DNA of 64,000 bases from an uncultured Poribacteria bacterium (lineage in GTDB: Bacteria > Poribacteria > WGA-4E > WGA-3G). The position numbers and the translations under genes were made by a program. Of this stretch, positions 56,141 through 64,000 are shown one piece after another (position 1 is the stretch's first letter; the number at the start of each line of letters is the position of its first letter). The notes beneath the pieces were generated by a model that did not search any database, was not told the DNA's origin, and saw nothing but the letters and a program-made list of their open reading frames with translations. Location of the stretch: NCBI GenBank assembly GCA_951813565.1, contig OX638351.1, positions 1,952,001 to 2,016,000 of the forward strand, given 5' to 3'.

Positions 56141-57157
56141 ATGAAAAATAGAAACCATATCTTGTATGTTTGGAACCTTGAAGTTGGAAAACGTATATGT
56201 TTTGGATTGATTTTAGTTCTGTTGTGCCTACCCGTCACTGTAGATGCAGCACCCACGGGGCGTATCGCCTATGCTGTCTCCGGCTTTAACGACAGACTCG
56301 GTAGATTAGATTTTAATCTTCACATGACGACCTTCACCGAAGATGGCGACTTCAAGACAACTCCATTAAATCAAAGTGGTATGTATCCTGCCTGGGGACC
56401 AGCAGGCGACACGCTTTACTTCATCCAACGCGCCGATACACAATCACATATCTTTTCTATTAATATTAACAACCCAAAAAATAAAACACAACTTACAGAG
56501 ATTAGCGGCACCTATCGGTTCTTAGCTGTCTCACCAAATGGAAAGAAACTTGCTTTTAACGGATGGACGCGGGAACAGCAACAACAAGAAAATCAGGTTT
56601 GGGTACTTGATATTGATACAGGTGAAATGGAGACAGTGACTTCAATACCACACTTTGGAAGAACCTTCTTTTTTTGGGGAATATCTTGGGCACCGAACAG
56701 TAAAAAACTTGCGTTCTCACTCGAAAGACCAGGTGGATTAGAACAACTCTACCTCTTAGATCTTGAAACAGAGGAGATAGACATATTAACCGAATTCAAT
56801 ATTGATTTCTATCCTGTCTGGTCTCCTGATGGTCAGAAAATTTTGTTCCGTAGATGGAACAGAGAATTTGACACAATGTCCACAATTGATGTTGAAACGA
56901 GAGCTATAACACCTTTATTTGATGTGGATAAGCAGACCGGGATGTGGACAGATTGGTCATTTGATGGTCAATCAATTATCTACTCTCGCTGGGGTGCATT
57001 CTACCTGCACGATCTTCTAACTGGCAAAACAGAACAATTGTTTGAAGTAGATGGGAGCATTTTTGTAATTTCGTGGTGGAGGCATGAAGTGCTTTCTGTG
57101 ACACCTAAACAAAAATTTGCCACTACTTGGGGGGATGTCAAACGCAATTTGAGATAA
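56141..57157 (+). CDS. Secreted TolB-like beta-propeller with C-terminal TWG motif
   Basis: Signal peptide, PVWSPDG repeats, tail VLSVTPKQKFATTWGDVK. Confidence 0.82.
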   Translation: MKNRNHILYVWNLEVGKRICFGLILVLLCLPVTVDAAPTGRIAYAVSGFNDRLGRLDFNLHMTTFTEDGDFKTTPLNQSGMYPAWGPAGDTLYFIQRADTQSHIFSININNPKNKTQLTEISGTYRFLAVSPNGKKLAFNGWTREQQQQENQVWVLDIDTGEMETVTSIPHFGRTFFFWGISWAPNSKKLAFSLERPGGLEQLYLLDLETEEIDILTEFNIDFYPVWSPDGQKILFRRWNREFDTMSTIDVETRAITPLFDVDKQTGMWTDWSFDGQSIIYSRWGAFYLHDLLTGKTEQLFEVDGSIFVISWWRHEVLSVTPKQKFATTWGDVKRNLR

Positions 57158-57337
57158 CAACTTTATGAGGCACTTCGGGTGCCGCAGAATCTTTATATTC
57201 TCCTTTCTATTATTAATCCATCTCATCATTTGACAGACCCTGATATTGTAGCGAAAGGTTGCTGCTTCGCAGCTTTTCCTTCATGAGATAACTATTAATT
57301 TAGACACGGCATTATAAGAGAAAAGAAGGTTAGACCA

Positions 57338-59776
57338 ATGCTGCCTAACGTAGAAAAAGCCTTAGAATACGATAAACTCAAAACCCTTTTAAAAAGGTAT
57401 ACAGTTTCTGAGTTAGGAAATGCGCGGGTAGATAAACTTGCTCCATCAGATTCACTTGATACAGTCCGCCACCAATTAAAGTTATGCTCCGAAGTGAAAA
57501 CCTTTCAGCAACGGTTAGGCGAAATCCCACTTGCTGGATTAACGGATATAAGTCAGCAGCTTCAACAAGCCTCCAAAACAGGTGCTATCTTAGAACCGGA
57601 TGAGTTTCTAAATATTGCCAAGGTAGCACAGCTCCCATCCACTATCAAAAAGAAATTCAAAAATCCAGATTGTGATGAGTTCTCTCGTTTGCTCTCTATT
57701 GTAGACGCGCTGCCTGTTTTTGACGAAATCGTTGAATCTATTTGGTCACGCATCAGTTCTGAAGGAACTGTGTTAGACCGGGCAAGTTCAGAGTTACGTT
57801 CTATTCGCCGCAAACTTATCAAAATCCGTGAAAACATCCACATAAAATTAGAAGCGATCTTGCGTTCCTCGGACCATCAAAAATCTATTCAAGAATCGGT
57901 TATTACTTTTCGAAACAACCGTTATGTGATCCCTATCAAACAGGATGCAAAGTCTTTCTTTAGCGGCGTTGTTCAAGGTCAATCTACCAGCGGTGCGACC
58001 TATTTTATGGAACCGTTGTCAATAGTTGAAATGAACAATGCGCTTCATGAAACCGTTGAAGCCGAACATCGTGAAATCCGCAAGATTCTTTTGGAGCTAA
58101 CAGACCAGATACGTGAACGAATTGTTGATTTTGAGTGTGCCCTTGAACTGCTTGCCGAACTTGACTTTTTAAATGCAAAAGCTCGATTCAGCCATGAATT
58201 AAATGCCGTTGAACCCAAATTGAATACAAACGGTATTGTCAATTTATCGGAAGCGCGACATCCTTTGTTAGAATTCCAAACGCGCGCGAATACGCAATCC
58301 CAAAAACAGAAAACGCCAGAACCTGACAAACCTAAACATAAACTACCTACACGCGTTGTACCTACAGATGTCCGTGTTGGAAAAGACTTCAAAACGCTTG
58401 TTATTACAGGTCCAAATACCGGTGGAAAGACTGTTGTACTCAAAACGGTCGGATTACTGTGTTTGATGGCACAATCTGGATTGCATATTCCAGCAGCCCA
58501 AGGCAGTAAACTTCCCATTTTTCACCACATTTTTGCCGACATCGGTGATGATCAGAACATAGAGCAGAGTCTTAGCACGTTTTCCTCACATATTACAAAA
58601 ATTGCTGAAATGCTAAAGGCAATTGAAGGTTCTGGATTTGCACACTCTCTTGTCCTATTAGACGAAATCGGCGCAGGGACTGACCCAACCGAAGGAACCG
58701 CTCTCGGCATGGCAATTTTGGCATGGTTGAGCGAAAAAAATGTCAGGACGATTGTCACTACCCATTACGGTGCGCTTAAGGCTTATACCCATACACAAAA
58801 TAACATGGAAAACGCTTCAATGGAATTTGATTGGAACACGTTGCAACCGACTTATCGGTTGAAAATAGGCGTCCCCGGAAGTAGCAATGCAATTAAAATT
58901 GCCGAACAGTTAGGACTCCCTCCCCGTATTCTCACTGATGCAGAAAATAACTTAGGTAATAATAACGTCGCTGTGGAAGACCTACTCATCCAATTACAAC
59001 AGACCCAACAAGAATTGGATACCGAACGTAAACAACTCCATGAAAAGATTCACCTCGCTGAAACAGAATATCAAAAACACAAAGAGCTTATTGATACATT
59101 TGAGGCTGACCAGCAAACCCGTTTACAAAACGCTGAAAAAGAAGCACTTGAAATCATTACCACAGCACGCCGAACGGTAGACAACGTAGTATCAGATATC
59201 CGTCATGAACAAGCCTCCAAAGCCAGCATCCGTGAAGCATTCTCAAAAATCGAGACTGCCAAAAAACAACTCAAACCAGACCCACCCATAAAACAACAAA
59301 AGAAAAAGAAATTCAATGTCAATGTTGGCGACAAAGTCCGAATTATTCAGCTAAACCGATTCGGAGAGATAACCGAAATTAGTAAAAAGAGCAGTACACC
59401 TTTACAGGTCCGAGTTGGCAGTATGCAGATGCAGCTGTCCTACAATGACATTGACTCGGTGGTACCGAAAAAAGAGGCTCAACATCTCTCAGCATCTGTG
59501 TTAGACATTCAGCATAACAAAGCAAATTCAGTTAAAGATGAACTCTGTATTCACGGCATGCTTGTTAAAGAAGGGTTAGACATTACAGACAAATATCTGG
59601 ACGATGCCTACCTTGCAGGATTATTAAGTGTGAGGATTCTGCATGGAAAAGGGACAGGTGCGCTCCGTAGCGCAGTTCACAAGGTATTGGATGCAAACCC
59701 GCATGTCGTCAATTATCAATACGCTCATCCAACTGAAGGTGGAGAAGGCGTTACAGTCGTTAAATTCAAAGAATAA
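57338..59776 (+). CDS. mutS2: Endonuclease MutS2
   Basis: ITGPNTGGKT, DIGDDQ, STFSSH, DEIGAGTDP, TTHY, C-terminal Smr HGKGTG. Confidence 0.95.
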   Translation: MLPNVEKALEYDKLKTLLKRYTVSELGNARVDKLAPSDSLDTVRHQLKLCSEVKTFQQRLGEIPLAGLTDISQQLQQASKTGAILEPDEFLNIAKVAQLPSTIKKKFKNPDCDEFSRLLSIVDALPVFDEIVESIWSRISSEGTVLDRASSELRSIRRKLIKIRENIHIKLEAILRSSDHQKSIQESVITFRNNRYVIPIKQDAKSFFSGVVQGQSTSGATYFMEPLSIVEMNNALHETVEAEHREIRKILLELTDQIRERIVDFECALELLAELDFLNAKARFSHELNAVEPKLNTNGIVNLSEARHPLLEFQTRANTQSQKQKTPEPDKPKHKLPTRVVPTDVRVGKDFKTLVITGPNTGGKTVVLKTVGLLCLMAQSGLHIPAAQGSKLPIFHHIFADIGDDQNIEQSLSTFSSHITKIAEMLKAIEGSGFAHSLVLLDEIGAGTDPTEGTALGMAILAWLSEKNVRTIVTTHYGALKAYTHTQNNMENASMEFDWNTLQPTYRLKIGVPGSSNAIKIAEQLGLPPRILTDAENNLGNNNVAVEDLLIQLQQTQQELDTERKQLHEKIHLAETEYQKHKELIDTFEADQQTRLQNAEKEALEIITTARRTVDNVVSDIRHEQASKASIREAFSKIETAKKQLKPDPPIKQQKKKKFNVNVGDKVRIIQLNRFGEITEISKKSSTPLQVRVGSMQMQLSYNDIDSVVPKKEAQHLSASVLDIQHNKANSVKDELCIHGMLVKEGLDITDKYLDDAYLAGLLSVRILHGKGTGALRSAVHKVLDANPHVVNYQYAHPTEGGEGVTVVKFKE

Positions 59777-59881
59777 TGGCATATAACAAGAAAACCATTT
59801 ATTCACTGCTTTATAGGTCATTGTAATTCCATAGTCTTCTTACGGCAATAGAGGACAATTGATTTAGCGTAGAGGCATCTC

Positions 59882-61750
59882 ATGGCAACAAATAACTATA
59901 TTCCGCGTGAAACAATTGACGAAATTCAGAGCCTGAACAGTATTGTAGACGTTATATCTGAATGCGGTGTCTCACTCAGACAAGCTGGGCTGAACTATCA
60001 AGCGCTCTGTCCGTTTCACGAAGAAAAAACGCCCTCTTTTTCCGTGTCACCAGAAAAACAGATATTCTACTGTTTTGGATGTCAAACGGGTGGTAATGTC
60101 ATCTCTTTCCTGCAAAAACATGAAGGAAAAACCTTTATGGAAGCGGTTGAATGGCTTGCCGAACGGGCAAATATATTGCTGCCAACACGAGATGCGAAAT
60201 CCACTGCAAGACAAAAACTCATCAATGACTTAAGTGAACTTAACAGGTTTGCAGTAAAATACTACCATGAACTCCTTCGCACTGGACAGCATAGTCAGCA
60301 AGCGCGTGAATATCTCAAAAATCGTGGACTACTTTCACAAACCACACACTTGTTCCAACTCGGTTATGCAAAATCTCAACGGCGTGATTTGGTAAAAGCA
60401 GCAACACACGAGGGTTGGAAAGTTCAGCAGTTGGTCGACGCTGGGTTGATTAAGAACGAAGATAAAGGTCCTCAAGACCGTTTTTGGAATAGAATTCTCT
60501 TTCCGATTTACAATGCACAAGGTGTGCCGGTTGGTTTTGGGGGTCGTTCCCTATCTGATGAACATCAACCGAAATACCTAAATTCACCCACAACGGTTCT
60601 ATACGACAAAAGCAGAGTTCTTTTCAATCTTGACAAAGCGAGACAATCTATATCCAAGAAGCAGTCTGCCATTCTCGTGGAAGGATATATGGATGTTCTG
60701 ATGCTCTATCAACACGGAATTGAAAACGTAATAGCCGCATCGGGAACATCTCTAAGTGAAGAACATGCGGCACTGTTAAAACGTTATACGCCTGAAGTTG
60801 TCATTGTTTTTGATGGTGATGCGTCAGGGTTGCAAGCTGCGCAACGTGGATTGCATAGGCTCATCGCTGAAGAAATACGTGTGCGTATTGCTCTCATGCC
60901 GAAAGGTGATGACCCAGACTCGTATGTAAAACAGAACGGTGCGGATGCTTTCAACGAACTAATTGATAAAGCGATAAACCTTATTGAATTTCAAATTCAA
61001 TCCGCAATTCAACAAACAAACATCAGACGTCCTGATGTCAAAACGCAAGTTGTCAAAGACGTTAGCGCGATACTTGTGAACATCAAAAATCGAGTCGAAC
61101 GGACAGAATATGTAAAATACGCTGTAAAGGAACTTGATGTAGATGAAGACTTACTTTGGCGGGAATTGCGAGATTTAGGCTTGAAAGATACATCCTTTCA
61201 AAATAAAATCACGAAGCAAAAAACAGCATCAAAAAAGTTGTCGTCCCGCGAACAAATTGAATTTCAACTTATCCAAACTTTAATCCAAGCACCCGAACTA
61301 ATCTCCGAAGTTAAATCACTATTGTATTACGAGGAATTAACAAATCCTCACTTTGCCAAAATCGTTCAAATGCTTTGGGATGGTAGTGAGAACGAAGAAA
61401 ACGTTGATATTCAGAACATCCTTAATACTTGTGAGGACGAAACCGGGAAAAGCATTATCTCAAACGCCCTTATCAACAAAACGAACATTCCCAATCACCA
61501 TGCAAGGATAAAGGGATGTCTCAAGAAACTAAAAAGCTTTAATTTGCAAGACGTTGAGCAGCGTATACGATCAAGCGCGCTTGCTGATGGAAACGATGAC
61601 CTTGAAACGCTCAAGGAACTCGTTGATCTCTCAAATGAAAGGCGAGCTTTTGTTCAAAAAAATATTTTAGAATCGGCAGAAATTTCACAACAGTCTGACG
61701 AAGAAACGGATAACCCTCAAATTAATGGTAATATTGAGAAGGAGAACTAA
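59882..61750 (+). CDS. dnaG: DNA primase
   Basis: CPFHEEKTPSF, CFGC, FGGR, KYLNSP, VEGYMD, FDGD, DPD. Confidence 0.97.
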   Translation: MATNNYIPRETIDEIQSLNSIVDVISECGVSLRQAGLNYQALCPFHEEKTPSFSVSPEKQIFYCFGCQTGGNVISFLQKHEGKTFMEAVEWLAERANILLPTRDAKSTARQKLINDLSELNRFAVKYYHELLRTGQHSQQAREYLKNRGLLSQTTHLFQLGYAKSQRRDLVKAATHEGWKVQQLVDAGLIKNEDKGPQDRFWNRILFPIYNAQGVPVGFGGRSLSDEHQPKYLNSPTTVLYDKSRVLFNLDKARQSISKKQSAILVEGYMDVLMLYQHGIENVIAASGTSLSEEHAALLKRYTPEVVIVFDGDASGLQAAQRGLHRLIAEEIRVRIALMPKGDDPDSYVKQNGADAFNELIDKAINLIEFQIQSAIQQTNIRRPDVKTQVVKDVSAILVNIKNRVERTEYVKYAVKELDVDEDLLWRELRDLGLKDTSFQNKITKQKTASKKLSSREQIEFQLIQTLIQAPELISEVKSLLYYEELTNPHFAKIVQMLWDGSENEENVDIQNILNTCEDETGKSIISNALINKTNIPNHHARIKGCLKKLKSFNLQDVEQRIRSSALADGNDDLETLKELVDLSNERRAFVQKNILESAEISQQSDEETDNPQINGNIEKEN

Positions 61751-62308
61751 ATGGCGACTTTAGAAAATGCACATCCGCTTGATTTTCAGTTTAAAGAAGT
61801 TGAACGTAATATCAATGAACGCGAACAGGAAATTTCGCGCCTCGTGAAGCAACACAATATCCCCGCAGAATGGTTTGATAGAGAATTCAACGCTGAAACC
61901 TATAATTTCGAAACAGACGCTGATAAGGAAGCGTATCTCAAGATTGCTCGTTATCAGCACGAAATTAAACAATACATTAATACTTTCTGCATTTCTCGCG
62001 AGAAGCTACAAGATATTACGAAACAGATTGATTCCGGCATAATTAATAATGCCCAAGATGCTAAAATGGCGATTGTAAAAGCAAATCTGAGGCTGGTCGT
62101 TAGCCTCGTTAAGAGATATGGGCAAGAAACTCAAGGTCGTGAATTTTTCGATCTGATTCAGGAAGCCAACATCGGTTTAATGAAAGCTATTGATAACTAT
62201 GATTATCAAGGCGGCTATAAGTTTAGTACTTACGCCACTTGGTGGGTACGTCAAAGTATTTCCCGTGCTATTGCTTCAGCAAAAGGAAACGATGATATTA
62301 ACACTTAA
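61751..62308 (+). CDS. Truncated sigma-70 paralog (part of non-conserved region plus region 2 only)
   Basis: [39 protein letters not shown], then stop. Aligns with the middle of the downstream RpoD. Own RBS GGAG. Confidence 0.85.
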   Translation: MATLENAHPLDFQFKEVERNINEREQEISRLVKQHNIPAEWFDREFNAETYNFETDADKEAYLKIARYQHEIKQYINTFCISREKLQDITKQIDSGIINNAQDAKMAIVKANLRLVVSLVKRYGQETQGREFFDLIQEANIGLMKAIDNYDYQGGYKFSTYATWWVRQSISRAIASAKGNDDINT

Positions 62309-62428
62309 TGAACTCAAAAAACTGTCAAATTTAGGCACAACTTTGTTTAGTAAATTTTCGCACAAACACTAAAATCTAACGAACAACAGAATAGCTCGAA
62401 AACAAACGAAAATAAAAAGGAGAACTAA

Positions 62429-64000
62429 CTGGTGGACTTAGGAAACGCACACCCATATGATTTTAATGAATCTGATAACACTGATCAAGTTGAATTTGAT
62501 GACTTAATGGAATTCACACCGGGGGAAATCAGTGAACGCGAAGATCTGATAAAAACCTATCTACGCGACATGGGGAAAGTACCTTTGATAGATAAAAATA
62601 AAGAGATTGAATTATCCCAGCAAATTGAGATGGGGTTCCGCCAGGCACAAGCAGCTACATTTTCAACTCGGCTTGCTGTTGCAGAGGTCCGGAAACTTCT
62701 TTATAAAATTATCATTGCTAAAAAACGAGCATCTGATATTATTGATATGTCAGTTTCGAGTAGCTCTACCCGTGATAAGGAGCGAAAACTACGTGAAAAA
62801 GTAGAAAAGATGATGCGAGTCATTGAAACTTTAGAACTGGAATATCTTGTTGCTGCCAAGGACGCTGCTAAGAACAATTCATTCGTAGAATTTGAAACAG
62901 TTGGGAGTTATGCAAACTTCGTAAAACACCTTGAACAACTGAAGATTGACCGCGAAGAAATTAGCAAAATATCAGGACAGGTTAAAGAGGTTGAACGGAA
63001 TATTACTGACCGAGAACAAGAAATCGCACGGCTCCAAAAACAACACAACCTTCCGCCAGAATGGTTCAACGGAAGGCTTAACGCCGAAACTCATAATTTC
63101 AAAACGGTTGCTGCAAAAGAAGCATATATCAACATCGTTCGTTACCAACGCGAGATTCAACAATACCTAAATACAATCGGTATCTCCCGTGACTCCCTCC
63201 AAACTACTACTAAGCAAATTTGTGTCGGAGAATCCAATGCCCAAGATGCCAAAATGGCGATTGTTGAAGCGAATCTCAGGTTAGTTGTAAGTATTGCAAA
63301 GAAGTATAAACATCAAGCCCCTGGACTTGAATTTCTTGATCTGATCCAGGAAGGTAATATAGGGCTAATGAGAGCGGTTGATAAGTTTGATTATCAACGT
63401 GGTTTTAAGTTTAGCACTTACGCTACGTGGTGGATACGGCAGAGTATCACTCGTGCCATTGCAGACCAAGGTCGTACTATCCGTATCCCGGTTCACATGC
63501 ATGAGAGAATTAATAAACTGAGGCGCGCTGAACGTTCACTCATCCAAGAATTAGGACGTCGACCTACACCAGAAGAGATTGCCGCGGACATGGGAATTCC
63601 AGAAGATAAAGTGCGAGAAGTTTTGCGGATTGTTCCAGAAACTGTCTCATTAGAAACACCTATTGGAGACGATGATGATGACAGTCAATTAGGGGATTTC
63701 ATTGAAGATGTGAGTGTTTTGTCGCCAGCCACAGAAGCTGAGCTGAGCATCCTCAAAGAACGTATTCAAGAGGCACTTGCAGATTTGTCTGAGAGGGAGC
63801 GAGAGGTGATTGTCCTCCGCTTTGGAATTGAAGACGATACCGTGAATCCACTGTTGTCTGAACCAACTCGCCAACGAATTGAAGAACTTTGTATTACAAC
63901 TGGTTACCCAAAAACGCTTGAGGAGGTCGGTGTCGTTTTTGATGTCACACGAGAACGTATTCGTCAAATTGAGGCGAAAGCCCTCCGTAAACTTCGTCAT
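62429..64000 (+). CDS. rpoD: Primary sigma factor RpoD (3' end beyond window; absent from ORF track)
   Basis: Open frame with [10 protein letters not shown] (1.2), [62 protein letters not shown]. Start CTG 62429 or GTG 62432. Confidence 0.96.
   Translation, partial: MVDLGNAHPYDFNESDNTDQVEFDDLMEFTPGEISEREDLIKTYLRDMGKVPLIDKNKEIELSQQIEMGFRQAQAATFSTRLAVAEVRKLLYKIIIAKKRASDIIDMSVSSSSTRDKERKLREKVEKMMRVIETLELEYLVAAKDAAKNNSFVEFETVGSYANFVKHLEQLKIDREEISKISGQVKEVERNITDREQEIARLQKQHNLPPEWFNGRLNAETHNFKTVAAKEAYINIVRYQREIQQYLNTIGISRDSLQTTTKQICVGESNAQDAKMAIVEANLRLVVSIAKKYKHQAPGLEFLDLIQEGNIGLMRAVDKFDYQRGFKFSTYATWWIRQSITRAIADQGRTIRIPVHMHERINKLRRAERSLIQELGRRPTPEEIAADMGIPEDKVREVLRIVPETVSLETPIGDDDDDSQLGDFIEDVSVLSPATEAELSILKERIQEALADLSEREREVIVLRFGIEDDTVNPLLSEPTRQRIEELCITTGYPKTLEEVGVVFDVTRERIRQIEAKALRKLRH

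Noticed and set aside
57240..57285. Hairpin upstream of mutS2 as a riboswitch
   Set aside because: Single short stem-loop with no recognisable aptamer consensus.

Overview
Bacterial chromosomal window, about 40-45% GC by eye, spanning the replication origin. Core genes are ispH-rpmH | dnaA-oriC-(IS)-recF-dciA-gyrB-gyrA, and later tRNA-Gly, mutS2, dnaG and rpoD (cut by the window end). Between them lie secreted and envelope genes: TPR, TolB-like and WD40 propellers, a PorU/PorV-like pair, and a peptidoglycan-recycling serine hydrolase-namZ-anmK operon. The protein style (many propellers, a C-terminal 'TWGxIK' tail) suggests Candidatus Poribacteria or a relative; this is an inference only. Intergenic DNA is a dense mosaic of GTAG-type REP hairpins, several MITE families and IS remnants. 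Top observations: (1) a 34-36 bp hairpin mini-element (CAAATCAACG + stem-loop) inserted without target duplication, mostly at C|G steps, inside REPs and inside itself, with empty and filled sites both visible; (2) an intact sigma-70 paralog carrying only region 2, between dnaG and rpoD; (3) a DnaA with an altered recognition helix beside an oriC built from non-canonical TTATYAA-type boxes; (4) a tandem array of promoter-gene-terminator propeller cassettes sharing a C-terminal TWG motif, near a T9SS-like sortase pair; (5) two WD40 genes, each split at an A-run by the same frameshift. All family assignments come from motif recognition, not database searches.
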